Of a stretch of DNA of 51,167 nt, positions 25,230 through 33,629 are shown one piece after another. The notes under the pieces were generated by a model, which was not told where the DNA came from, did not search any database, and worked only from the letters and a program-made list of their open reading frames with translations. A program made the translations under genes and the position numbers. Each line of letters opens with the position of its first letter. The stretch's first letter is position 1. Source of the stretch: a virus; IMG/VR virus record IMGVR_UViG_3300044462_000123; one strand, written 5' to 3'.

Positions 25230-25672
25230 CCGCCACGGAGTATTGCGAGGACTGTGCGTGGTTCGGCGCGCGCCGTGAGGGGCAGCCGTGCAGCACCGTG
25301 GCGTGTCTGCATGCCGGCGCGCTGAACACGCCACCGGCAATATGCCGCGACCAACCGGAGACTCCGTGGCGCGATGACTGCGAACGCTCGCGCAAGTCGT
25401 ACTCGCATTGTCGTGGCGCGCGGCACTGGAAGTCGAAGGAGCCGCCAGACGCGACGGCCATATCCAAGGCGAAGCGTGACCGCGTGGCGGCGCAGGTTGG
25501 CGCGCGATTCGTCACGGTGATGGTCCACCTGTTCCTTTGGCTGCCACTTGCCTTGCTGAACATGGACAGCGCCAGCGAGCATATCCAAGGCGCGGTGGTC
25601 GGGTGGGCCTGTGCAAGCATCGCGCTGGGCGCGCTGCGTCCATTCCGCTTCATGTTGGAGCCGCAGCCATGA
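25226..25672 (+). CDS. Cys-rich N-terminal domain protein with two C-terminal TM helices (148 aa)
   Basis: YCEDCAWFG...CSTVAC...C...C...HC, then FVTVMVHLFLWLPLALL and AVVGWACASIALGAL. Confidence 0.55.
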   Translation: MTATEYCEDCAWFGARREGQPCSTVACLHAGALNTPPAICRDQPETPWRDDCERSRKSYSHCRGARHWKSKEPPDATAISKAKRDRVAAQVGARFVTVMVHLFLWLPLALLNMDSASEHIQGAVVGWACASIALGALRPFRFMLEPQP

Positions 25673-25938
25673 CCGCCCCCGCGACCGCGCTTGACAGCGC
25701 GAGAGAGGCCGTGCGGCTCACGACGGCCATTCCGTTCGATTCGGTTGCCGTAGCAGCGCACGCCAGCGTCCACTACCGCCAGATCGCGCAAGCACTGATC
25801 GTGGCGGTGGATCTGCTGGAGGATGCACTCGCGGAGCTACTGGCGATGGAGGCTGCCACCGGCTTGGCCGGGCCCGGCTCATCGGACGGGCTCGACGCCT
25901 TCCTCGCCGCCCAGCGCGGCGCCGGAGGAGCAGCATGA
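25669..25938 (+). CDS. Hypothetical protein (89 aa)
   Basis: ATGA overlaps at both ends. Confidence 0.5.
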   Translation: MTAPATALDSAREAVRLTTAIPFDSVAVAAHASVHYRQIAQALIVAVDLLEDALAELLAMEAATGLAGPGSSDGLDAFLAAQRGAGGAA

Positions 25939-26777
25939 AGCTCGGCTCGTTCTTCTCCGGCATCGGCGGCCTTGAGCTGGGCCTTGAAGCTGCGCTGGGG
26001 GCGGAGACTGTCTTCCAATGCGAGCGCGATCCATACGCGCGCCGCGTGCTGGCGAAGCACTGGCCCGGCGTGCCGCGCTTCAACGACGTGCGCGCGTTCG
26101 CGTCGCGGCGCTGGACTGACTCGCACCCGATCCCGCATGCCGACGTGTGGTGCGGCGGCTTCCCGTGTCAGGACATCTCCGTTGCCGGAAAGCAGGTCGG
26201 GATTCATGGAGCGCGCAGCGGACTCTTCTTCACCTGGATGCGAGCCGTTCGCATCTTTCGACCGCGCTTCCTGGTGCTGGAGAACGTTCCAGCGATCCTT
26301 GCTGGAGACAGCTACGGTCCCGTTCTCGGGGCGCTGGCCGAGGCGGGGTACGATGCGGAATGGGATGTGCTATCCGCGGCGGACGTCGGCGCTCCGCATC
26401 TGCGCGAGCGGTGGTTCTGCATCGCCCGAGATGCTTCCGACACCGAGCGCGTCGAACTTCGAGTGCGCGGACGTGCCGCGGCTGCTGGAGCGGAGAGCGA
26501 AGCTGGCGGCGAAGCACGGGAACAACGGATTCGGGCTGACGCTGGCGCAGCACGTCAAGGCGTGGCCCACGCCGACGGCGATGTCCGACACCGGTGGAGC
26601 GGCTCTCTGCAAATGGGGCGGAGCTCGCGCCAGGCAGTCGATGCGGGATCAGGGAGTTTCGGAAGCGGAGATGAATGGCGCACTGAACCCAACGTGGGTC
26701 GAGTGGCTCATGGGGTTCCCGCTCGGGTGGACCGACTGCGCGGCCTCGGCAACGCCGTCGTCCCGCAGTGCGCCTAA
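25935..26777 (+). CDS. DNA (cytosine-5)-methyltransferase; catalytic motifs in this frame, target-recognition region out of frame (possible pseudogene, split gene or recoding)
   Basis: Frame A carries FSGIGG (motif I), GGFPCQDIS (IV), LENV (VI), RERWF (VIII) and a C-terminal GLGNAVVPQ (X). Codons 26431-26733 of this frame are low-GC3 and low-complexity. Confidence 0.8.
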   Translation: MKLGSFFSGIGGLELGLEAALGAETVFQCERDPYARRVLAKHWPGVPRFNDVRAFASRRWTDSHPIPHADVWCGGFPCQDISVAGKQVGIHGARSGLFFTWMRAVRIFRPRFLVLENVPAILAGDSYGPVLGALAEAGYDAEWDVLSAADVGAPHLRERWFCIARDASDTERVELRVRGRAAAAGAESEAGGEAREQRIRADAGAARQGVAHADGDVRHRWSGSLQMGRSSRQAVDAGSGSFGSGDEWRTEPNVGRVAHGVPARVDRLRGLGNAVVPQCA

Positions 26778-26790
26778 GTCATTGGACTGA
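26431..26790 (+). other. +1-frame segment encoding the methyltransferase target-recognition region (MLPTPSAS ... NPTWVEWLMGFPLGWTD); open from ATG 26431 to TGA 26790
   Basis: High GC3 in this frame. LPTP and NPxFVEWLMGFPxGWT are typical TRD-flanking signatures of phage C5 methyltransferases. Confidence 0.7.
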
Positions 26791-26833
26791 GGCTGCGCGA
26801 ACTCATCTCAGCGGCGCGCCAGGAGTCAGCAGC

Positions 26834-27064
26834 ATGAAGCCCAAGGCCGCGAAGTCCCGCTTCAGCTATGCCACGAAGGCCGAGGTGCTCGCGCAACTTC
26901 GCTTCGATGTGGCGCTTGCTGGCTCACAGAAGGCGTGTGCCAAGGCGCTCGGATGCTCTCCGCAGTACCTCAACGACATCCTCAACGGTAAGCGCCAGCC
27001 GGCGCGGGAAGTGCTGAACCGCATCGGGTTCCGCAAGGTCACTCTGTACGAAAGGCTCCAATGA
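26834..27064 (+). CDS. HTH DNA-binding protein (76 aa)
   Basis: AGGAG Shine-Dalgarno 8 nt upstream of ATG 26834. SQKACAKALGCSPQYLNDILNGKRQP is HTH-like. Confidence 0.65.
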   Translation: MKPKAAKSRFSYATKAEVLAQLRFDVALAGSQKACAKALGCSPQYLNDILNGKRQPAREVLNRIGFRKVTLYERLQ

Positions 27065-27258
27065 CGCCCAAGGCCAAGCGCGCGGGGAGGAAGGCGAGGA
27101 CGTGGAAGGCGTGGGCCTGCCCGCTCTCAATGGGAGTGGCCGAGTGGCCCCTCGTGTTCAGCAGCAAGACGATGCTGAACTGCCGCGGCGCGCCGGGGCA
27201 TCACGCCATCCGCGTGCTCGTCACCGAAGTGCTGCCCGCGCGCCGGAGGAAGCCATGA
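27061..27258 (+). CDS. Hypothetical protein (65 aa)
   Basis: ATGA overlaps at both ends. Confidence 0.45.
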   Translation: MTPKAKRAGRKARTWKAWACPLSMGVAEWPLVFSSKTMLNCRGAPGHHAIRVLVTEVLPARRRKP

Positions 27259-27485
27259 CCAGCGAGGTAGACGAGGACATCTGCGGCCTGTGCGGTTTGC
27301 CCGGCGCAGACAAGATGGCTCTATGGACTGGCGGCGGCGTTTACTGGCCCGGCGAGCGGAAGCCTGACGCTGAAGTGGTCCGCGCTGAATGCGAGCAGGA
27401 GGAAACGCGGCGCGCGCATTCGATGCTGACGCAGGCGCAGCGTGATGCCGTGATCCGATCAGTCTCTGGCGGAGTGTGGCCATGA
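27255..27485 (+). CDS. Hypothetical protein (76 aa), MTSE- start
   Basis: Starts within the conserved junction CCATGACCAGCGAG. Contains CGLCG. Confidence 0.5.
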   Translation: MTSEVDEDICGLCGLPGADKMALWTGGGVYWPGERKPDAEVVRAECEQEETRRAHSMLTQAQRDAVIRSVSGGVWP

Positions 27486-27706
27486 CCAGCGAAGCGAAGA
27501 TTCCGGCGCACATCATCGCCCAGTACGGATCGGCCCACGCTTTCAGGGCCGAGAAGCGGCGGCAGGTTGATGCCGTACTGCGGAGGCTGTCCGACGCGAT
27601 GTGCGGCTGTGCCTTCCTGCCCGGAGGATCTGGGCGTCTGCGCGCCGCGGATGACGTGATTAAGGAGCAGCGCCGCGACATGCAAGTATGGAGATGGGGC
27701 CCATGA
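27482..27706 (+). CDS. Hypothetical protein (74 aa), MTSEAK- start
   Basis: Starts within the conserved junction GGCCATGACCAGCGAAGCGAAG. Confidence 0.5.
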   Translation: MTSEAKIPAHIIAQYGSAHAFRAEKRRQVDAVLRRLSDAMCGCAFLPGGSGRLRAADDVIKEQRRDMQVWRWGP

Positions 27707-28317
27707 CCAGCGAGGCGAAGGTGCTGCCGTGGATGCGGGAGGCGGCCATTGAGTCTCTGTCGGCATGCTCGGCCTACTCGCAGGCCAGCGACGTGCGGAA
27801 GGTGGACATGATCGCCGCTGCTATCGCCCGCCGCGCGCCCCCATCGCCGCCAGCGCGCGGGGGGACGGAGGGGATCGGCCCGGACGGCCGACGCATCGGG
27901 CGCACGCCGATCAAGGTGAAGCCCGGGCAGTCACTCGGCGCAGCAATCGAGGAAGCCCGCGCGTCGCCGCCAGCGACGGCGGAGGCGGAGGCGCTGTGCG
28001 CAGAGATCAACGACATCGCTGAAGCCGTGGACGCGAGCGGCTATGGCGACCGTGCGCTTGGCAATCGGCTGCTGGAGGCAGCCGCCCGCCTCCGCGCGCT
28101 TGGCCAGCCCGCCGCGGCGCAGGCGTGGACGACGGTGACCTACGACGAGGCGACGTGGTCGCCAGACACGAAGGATGTCGTCCTGAGCGAATGGCGTGAG
28201 GGCAGCAGGAATGCCGGCCCCGCGTACTTGGCGCGGCTCAACTGCGAGAACGGCCACCTCGTCATCCGCTGGATGCCGTGGCCTCGCCAGCCCGACGCGC
28301 AGGGAGGCGCGCCATGA
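27703..28317 (+). CDS. Hypothetical protein (204 aa), MTSEAK- start
   Basis: Starts within the conserved junction GCCCATGACCAGCGAGGCGAAG. Confidence 0.55.
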   Translation: MTSEAKVLPWMREAAIESLSACSAYSQASDVRKVDMIAAAIARRAPPSPPARGGTEGIGPDGRRIGRTPIKVKPGQSLGAAIEEARASPPATAEAEALCAEINDIAEAVDASGYGDRALGNRLLEAAARLRALGQPAAAQAWTTVTYDEATWSPDTKDVVLSEWREGSRNAGPAYLARLNCENGHLVIRWMPWPRQPDAQGGAP

Positions 28318-28763
28318 TGGAGAAGCCAGTGAGTCGCAGTCGGGAAGAGAAGTTGGCCTACCAGCGTGGATATCAGTCCGGCATAGCAGGCAGATGGCCG
28401 AAGGAGCTCGCCTCCTCGGTGCCGCAGCCGCGCGTCCGCGATCTGGCGGTGGCGTCACAGCAACTTCAGGAGGCAGCAGACGGATTCATGGCATGCTTCG
28501 ATGATCGGGATACCGACCCAGCCATGGTGGCGCTTGACCGCGCCCGCGAAGTTGCGTGCGAGGCCATCGCCAACTTGCCGAATGAGAAGCCGGCCGCCGC
28601 CACCGCGCCTTCCGCGCCGGGCGAGGCGGAGAGGCTGCCGCGGCGCGTCCTCGCGATGATTGCCGCCGAGAGCGTCTGGGACAACGACACGGTGAAGGAA
28701 ATCCGCGACATGTGCGAGGAAGCCCTCCGCGCCGTCGCCGCCGCAGCCAAGGGCGCTCCGTGA
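28314..28763 (+). CDS. Hypothetical protein (149 aa)
   Basis: ATGA/GTGA overlaps. High GC3. Confidence 0.55.
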   Translation: MMEKPVSRSREEKLAYQRGYQSGIAGRWPKELASSVPQPRVRDLAVASQQLQEAADGFMACFDDRDTDPAMVALDRAREVACEAIANLPNEKPAAATAPSAPGEAERLPRRVLAMIAAESVWDNDTVKEIRDMCEEALRAVAAAAKGAP

Positions 28764-29020
28764 ACATCTACATCGAAGATCCCGAGGGCGTGGTCGAGCA
28801 GGAGGTAGCCGCCGGCCTTACGCGCAAGGACGTCGCGCTGACGTATGCGCTGGCGATGTGGTGCCACTTCCAAGGCCAGCTTCCGGTGGACTGGCCACGG
28901 ATCAACCGCGCGATCCTGACGCGCTGGAAGTCGTCAGGGCTGACCTGGATCAAGGAGAGCGCGTGGAAGCTGTACGACGAGAAGAAGGCCGCCGCCGGCA
29001 CGCCCGGCGAGGAGAAGTGA
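28760..29020 (+). CDS. Hypothetical protein (86 aa)
   Basis: GTGA overlap. High GC3. Confidence 0.55.
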   Translation: MNIYIEDPEGVVEQEVAAGLTRKDVALTYALAMWCHFQGQLPVDWPRINRAILTRWKSSGLTWIKESAWKLYDEKKAAAGTPGEEK

Positions 29021-29022
29021 GC

Positions 29023-29202
29023 ATGGACGGCAAGGCAACGCGCACCAGCTACGGCGTCACGGCTATTGAGTGGGTAACTTGCGGCAGCATTCCGATTCGC
29101 TGGTATCCGAACCGGCGCACAATGCTTCGTCACTGGAAGTCGCTGAGACGCAGCGGCACGCGGGCGCTGAAGGTTACGCAGGAGGTCCACGATGGACGAT
29201 GA
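29023..29202 (+). CDS. Hypothetical protein (59 aa)
   Basis: GAGGAG Shine-Dalgarno upstream of ATG 29023. Confidence 0.45.
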   Translation: MDGKATRTSYGVTAIEWVTCGSIPIRWYPNRRTMLRHWKSLRRSGTRALKVTQEVHDGR

Positions 29203-29965
29203 GGCTTTGCATGACATCGCAGCCGGCTGTCAGTACCGGCCCGAGGAGTACGCAGTCATGGCCCGCGAACTCCTCGCCCTCCGCCGCGCCGACGCGGTGA
29301 AGCAGGCGCTAATCGAGGCCGCGACACGCTGGCGTTACGCCGCGGCGCACGTAACTGTGCATGCTGTCGGCGGGCACGACCAGCGCATTGAAGATGAGTA
29401 TTCCGGCGCCGCGTGCGCGCTGTGTCGAGCGTTGGACCGCGCCGCCAACCACGCCTCGCCCGCCCCCGCCGAAGCCGCCGCGCCGATGCGGGAGGGCGGG
29501 GCGGAGACGATCCCGCGCGGCGAAGGTTGGCGTGTCACGGCTCCGTGGCGCATCGGCTTCGGCCCACACGACGGAGACGCCTTGGGGGCTGCTGTCGAGA
29601 ATGCCATCCGCGCCGCCGAGGCCCGCGTGCGCGCCGAGTGCTGGCCCGAGACCGAGAAGGCCATGCGCGAGCGCGACGCGGCGGAGAAGGAAGTCGAGCG
29701 ACTGAATGGCTACGTGCAGCGACTCACCACCCAGCGCGATGCCGCGCGGCGCGAGCGGGACGCGGCCACGGCCCAGCAGACGCGGGCGGCGGGCGTTGGC
29801 AAGGCGGCAGAATGCCAGGCTGCGCGTACCGCCTTGGCGTGCGAACCGAGCGCGCTGCGCGATGGCGGAGAAGGCTATTCCGTCGTGCGCGCCCTCGACG
29901 CCTACCTCGCCACGCGGCCGGGCGCGGCGGCTATCATGTCGACGACACCGGAGGAAACCCGATGA
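29192..29965 (+). CDS. Hypothetical protein with coiled-coil segment (257 aa)
   Basis: EKAMRERDAAEKEVERLNGYVQRLTTQRDAARRERDAA is heptad-like. Confidence 0.6.
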   Translation: MDDEALHDIAAGCQYRPEEYAVMARELLALRRADAVKQALIEAATRWRYAAAHVTVHAVGGHDQRIEDEYSGAACALCRALDRAANHASPAPAEAAAPMREGGAETIPRGEGWRVTAPWRIGFGPHDGDALGAAVENAIRAAEARVRAECWPETEKAMRERDAAEKEVERLNGYVQRLTTQRDAARRERDAATAQQTRAAGVGKAAECQAARTALACEPSALRDGGEGYSVVRALDAYLATRPGAAAIMSTTPEETR

Positions 29966-30090
29966 CCGCGCGTCTCTTCTTCATGCTCATGTTCCCCATG
30001 GTCCTGGCCTACGTCATCGCCGCCCAGCACTTCGAGAGCCGCTCCGAGCTGCGGCGCTGGATGGGGGCCAACGTGGAGTGGGTGCGATGA
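29962..30090 (+). CDS. Small membrane protein (42 aa)
   Basis: LFFMLMFPMVLAYVIAA. ATGA overlaps at both ends. Confidence 0.4.
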   Translation: MTARLFFMLMFPMVLAYVIAAQHFESRSELRRWMGANVEWVR

Positions 30091-30494
30091 GATCCGGGCC
30101 CTGGATCTATCGCCACGTTAAGGGCGGAGGCTGGCGCGCGCAGGTGACGGTCCGGCGTGTCCCGACTCGCGCGTGCTTCGCCGACACGGACTACGAAGGC
30201 AAGGCAGGCGCACTCAGGGCGGCGCAGGCGTGGGTGGCGGAGGAGCGCAGACGGCGCGGGCTGCCGCTGGGGATCGCCTGCGTCCAGACAGCCAGGCGGA
30301 TGCGAGGGCGGTCGCGCAGCCTGCCAGTCGGCATCACGCGACATGGCGGCCCGTGGGGCGGCTTCGATGTGGGGCTGCAGGTCGCTGGTCACCGGAAGCG
30401 CCGCTGGGTGCGCACGCTGGCGCAGGCGCTGCGGGTGCGCGCGCTGCTGGAGACCGTCATGCTGGGTGGCCGTAGGCGCGCGCCCATGCCTTGA
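30087..30494 (+). CDS. Possible AP2-like DNA-binding protein (two repeats)
   Basis: YRHVKGGGWRAQVTV..ACFADTDYEGKAGALRAAQAW and GITRHGGPWGGFDVGLQVAGH resemble AP2-type beta-sheet DNA-binding repeats. Tentative. Confidence 0.45.
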   Translation: MRSGPWIYRHVKGGGWRAQVTVRRVPTRACFADTDYEGKAGALRAAQAWVAEERRRRGLPLGIACVQTARRMRGRSRSLPVGITRHGGPWGGFDVGLQVAGHRKRRWVRTLAQALRVRALLETVMLGGRRRAPMP

Positions 30495-30543
30495 AAGGCG
30501 GCCCGCGTCTGGCACCATAGCCCCGGGGTCTTAACCCGGCACA

Positions 30544-31137
30544 GTGCGCCCGCGCGCGCGCCGGGCCATGGCGCGCTCCGCGGGCGACAGGCGGCGGTTG
30601 GCGAAGAAGACGATCCGGAAGGGGGGCAAGGGGTGGCGGCCTGCCAGCCGCGCGCACCGGACGGAACGGACGCCACAAAAGGCCGTCCCGCCGGAGCTGC
30701 GCTTCAGCGACTGGCGCGGCCGGTTCCTGAAGACACTCAAGCGCTGGCCTCACAACATCACGCGAGCCGCTGCGGCTGGCCGCGTGTCCAGGTCTCATGC
30801 CTACGCGCTGCGCGAGAAGGACCGCGCCTTCTCCCTCGCGTGGGACGAGATCCGGGACGGCGCGCGCGACGAGGCTGGGCATGCCCTCTACCACCGGGCG
30901 GTGCACGGCTGGAACGAGCCCGTGTTTCACGAGGGCTGCGTCGTGGGGCGGCGGCGCGTCTTCAACGCCGCGCTCCTGATCTTCGTCAACAAGTGCCTCG
31001 ACCCGCGGGTCTACAACCTGGCCCCTGGCGATGCGGGCGAGGCCGGGTCCGGCGGGCGCGAGGTCGCTGCCGAGTTCGGGCGGGCGCTCGCTGGCATGTT
31101 CAGGGCCGTGCCGAAGCCGGCGGCGGCGAGCGCGTGA
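30544..31137 (+). CDS. terS: Terminase small subunit
   Basis: FLKTLKRWPHNITRAAAAGRVSRSHAYALREKDRAFSLAWDEI...YHRAVHGWNEPVF is the typical TerS HTH N-domain. Upstream of terL. An alternative start is ATG 30568. Confidence 0.75.
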   Translation: MRPRARRAMARSAGDRRRLAKKTIRKGGKGWRPASRAHRTERTPQKAVPPELRFSDWRGRFLKTLKRWPHNITRAAAAGRVSRSHAYALREKDRAFSLAWDEIRDGARDEAGHALYHRAVHGWNEPVFHEGCVVGRRRVFNAALLIFVNKCLDPRVYNLAPGDAGEAGSGGREVAAEFGRALAGMFRAVPKPAAASA

Positions 31138-31142
31138 CGGCC

Positions 31143-31433
31143 ATGCAACGCAACCGACCCATGCCGCGCCGCTCCAGGCCGGCTGAAGCCGTGCCCGAGA
31201 GCAAGCCGACGGGCGCCAGCGTCCTGTGCCTGCACTGCGGCCGCGTTGGCCACCCCGGAGCCTTCGACCGCGCGACCAGCGCGGTGCGCCTGCTCCGCTG
31301 CCCGGTCTGCCGCTCCGAGCTGATCGACACGTCGGCGCTGCTGGAGCGGGACCCGGGGTTCCTGTTCGGCGCGCACAACCTGTGGAACTTGGACCTCGCG
31401 GAGCCGCGGGGAGCATCGGAGCAGCACGCGTGA
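31143..31433 (+). CDS. Zinc-ribbon protein (96 aa)
   Basis: CLHCG ... CPVCR. GTG 31134 is an alternative, overlapping start. Confidence 0.5.
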   Translation: MQRNRPMPRRSRPAEAVPESKPTGASVLCLHCGRVGHPGAFDRATSAVRLLRCPVCRSELIDTSALLERDPGFLFGAHNLWNLDLAEPRGASEQHA

Positions 31434-31633
31434 CAGGCAAGTCTCACGTCCGACGACTGAGCCCGGAGATGCGCGCCTGGATTGAGGAGCTTCGGGATTC
31501 GATCCGAAGCCAACTCCCGCTGTCGCGCGAGCTGATCGGAGATGGCCCAGAAGACGACCCGCCTGACGGAACCGAGGGCTGGCGACGCCTCGCTGCCGAT
31601 CTCGGCGTGGATGTATCGGACGACGCTCCATGA
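31430..31633 (+). CDS. Hypothetical protein (67 aa)
   Basis: GTGA/ATGA overlaps. Confidence 0.5.
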   Translation: MTGKSHVRRLSPEMRAWIEELRDSIRSQLPLSRELIGDGPEDDPPDGTEGWRRLAADLGVDVSDDAP

Positions 31634-31890
31634 GGTTCCCCGTCGGCCTCAAGCGCCTGCTGGGCCACCAGCCAGCCGCGCCACCTGCAGCGCCCGCGGC
31701 CGCGGGTTCCACCTGCAGCGCCTGCGGCAGCGGGGTGACCGAGCCGCGCCGCTACGGCCTGACGCTGGAGACCACCCAGGGCGTGGCGTCCGGACTGCAG
31801 CGCCTCGTCGACACCGGCCTGTTCGGCCAGACGCCCTCGGAGGCGGCCGAGCGCATCATCGCGCACCACCTCGACGACCGGACGCGCTGA
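31630..31890 (+). CDS. Hypothetical protein (86 aa)
   Basis: ATGA overlap. High GC3. Confidence 0.5.
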   Translation: MRFPVGLKRLLGHQPAAPPAAPAAAGSTCSACGSGVTEPRRYGLTLETTQGVASGLQRLVDTGLFGQTPSEAAERIIAHHLDDRTR

Positions 31891-31894
31891 GCTG

Positions 31895-33415
31895 ATGCGC
31901 GCCGCCGCTGCACTGCCGCCGGCGCTGGGCTTCGAGCTGCCGGCGCGCTGGACGCCGCTCGACTACCACCCCGTCCAGGCCGCGTGGTGGGCGACCCGCC
32001 CGGACTTCTCGATCTTGCTGAAGGGGCGCCAGTCGGGTGGCACCGAGCTGGTGAAGCGCGGCGGGGTGGTCGAGGCCATGGGCCGGGCCTACCTGCTGGC
32101 GCTGCAGGCCGGCGGGCACGGGCTGTCCGACGCCGAGTTGCGGCAGCAGATTCGGGGCACCGTCGAGCTGCTGCTGCCGGGGCGGCCGCCCGACTCGATC
32201 ACGCGGGCGGACGTGCAGGCCCTGCTGCTCGAGGACTACACGGTCAAGTTCTGTGCCCCGACGCGCGACCACGCCAAGGACCTGTACTGGGAGTCGATCA
32301 AGGCGCTGGTGCCGCCGGCCCTGATGCGCGGCGAGCCGTCCGAGAGCGAGCTGAAGGTCAAGCTGCGCCACGGCCCGCGCCTACAGGTCGTGGGCATGGA
32401 CAAGCCGGCGCGCGCGGAGGGCGGGCGCAACGACCTCGTGGTCCTCGACGAGTTCGCCGACATGAAGCCCGAGGTCCTGCCGGCCACCGTGATGCCGGCG
32501 GTCTCGACGCGCGGGCGCCTCGGGAAGGTCTGGCTGGTCGGCAAGTCCAAGCTGGGCAAGAAGCACTACAAGGCCGTGTGCGATGCCGCGCTGGCCAAGC
32601 CCGGGAAGCCGTGGCGGCTCTTCACCTGGCCCAGCACCGACATCTGGACGCCCGAGGCCGTCGAGCGCGCGCGCGGCTCCATGTCGCCCCTCGAGTTCGC
32701 CTGCGAGGTCATGGTCCAGTGGGTCGCTGCCGAGGGGCGCGCCTACTACACGTTCGACCGCGCGGTGCACACGCGCTGGAAGCTGCGGCCGCTGTACGCG
32801 CCGCGGGCGCCGCTGCTCATCGGCCTGGACTTCAACGTCGAGCCGGGCGTAGCGACCGTCGCGCAGGACATCCGCGTCCCGGACGAGTGGCGCGCGGAGG
32901 AGCCCAAACTGGACGAGGTCGTGACCGGCTGGATCGGCCAAGTGCACATCCCGAAGGCGTCCAACACGCCCGCCGTCTGCCGGAAGCTGATCGCCGACTG
33001 GGGCAAGCACCAGGGCGAGGTGCGGGTCTACGGCGACGTCACGGGCGGCAGCCGCCACACGAGCCAGACGCAGGGGAGCGACTGGGACCTCGTGCGCGCC
33101 CACCTCGGGCCGGTCTTCGGCGACCGGCTGCGCCTCGTGCTGGCCCACGTCAACCCGCCCGAGAGGGACCGGGTCAACGCCATGTGCTGCCGGTTCCGCA
33201 CAGCCGACGAGAGGATCCACGCCCTCGTGGACCCGGACGCCTGCCTGGCGCTGATCGACGACCTCGAGGCCGTGCAGCTCCTGAAGGGCGGGTCGGGCGA
33301 GCTGGACAAGAAGAGCGACCCGGGCGTGACGCACTGGACGGACGCCATGGGCTACCAGGAGCACGTGCGCTTCGGCGTCACCGGCGCCCCGAAGTGGGCC
33401 GAGCATCCGCTGTGA
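31895..33415 (+). CDS. terL: Terminase large subunit
   Basis: 506 aa. Walker A-like LKGRQSGGTE and Walker B LVVLDEFADM. Sits between terS and the portal block. Confidence 0.8.
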   Translation: MRAAAALPPALGFELPARWTPLDYHPVQAAWWATRPDFSILLKGRQSGGTELVKRGGVVEAMGRAYLLALQAGGHGLSDAELRQQIRGTVELLLPGRPPDSITRADVQALLLEDYTVKFCAPTRDHAKDLYWESIKALVPPALMRGEPSESELKVKLRHGPRLQVVGMDKPARAEGGRNDLVVLDEFADMKPEVLPATVMPAVSTRGRLGKVWLVGKSKLGKKHYKAVCDAALAKPGKPWRLFTWPSTDIWTPEAVERARGSMSPLEFACEVMVQWVAAEGRAYYTFDRAVHTRWKLRPLYAPRAPLLIGLDFNVEPGVATVAQDIRVPDEWRAEEPKLDEVVTGWIGQVHIPKASNTPAVCRKLIADWGKHQGEVRVYGDVTGGSRHTSQTQGSDWDLVRAHLGPVFGDRLRLVLAHVNPPERDRVNAMCCRFRTADERIHALVDPDACLALIDDLEAVQLLKGGSGELDKKSDPGVTHWTDAMGYQEHVRFGVTGAPKWAEHPL

Positions 33416-33561
33416 TTCTCTCAGGCCCATGCTTGAACCCACCCCGGCGGTCTGGTGCGATTGTGCTTGTCCGGGCCTCCTGCTCGGGCGGGTGCCGGTC
33501 GCGCGAGGGATTCAAGCGCCGGGCCTGACGACCGCGAGAGAGGGATTCGATCGCAAGCCGT

Positions 33562-33595
33562 CGCAGCGTAATCCGCGCTGCGCTGTGCAGCGCGG
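33562..33595 (+). promoter_or_regulatory. Mutually exclusive hairpins in the terL-downstream gap
   Basis: CGCAGCG (33562-33568) can pair with CGCTGCG (33576-33582). Alternatively, CCGCGCTGC (33573-33581) pairs perfectly with GCAGCGCGG (33587-33595) around a 5-nt loop. Confidence 0.4.
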
Positions 33596-33629
33596 GAGTG
33601 CTTCGACACTTCCCGGCGGTCGAGTCCCC

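Noticed and set aside
30523-30539. Small hairpin CCGGG-N7-CCCGG upstream of terS, considered as a terminator or pac-related element
   Set aside because: It has only a 5-bp stem, no U-tract and no repeat structure, which is too weak to call.
33429-33629. N-terminal 67-codon extension of the secreted-protein ORF
   Set aside because: GC3 is clearly lower than in neighbouring genes. The stretch contains the hairpin and direct-repeat elements, and the signal peptide starts at the internal ATG 33630.
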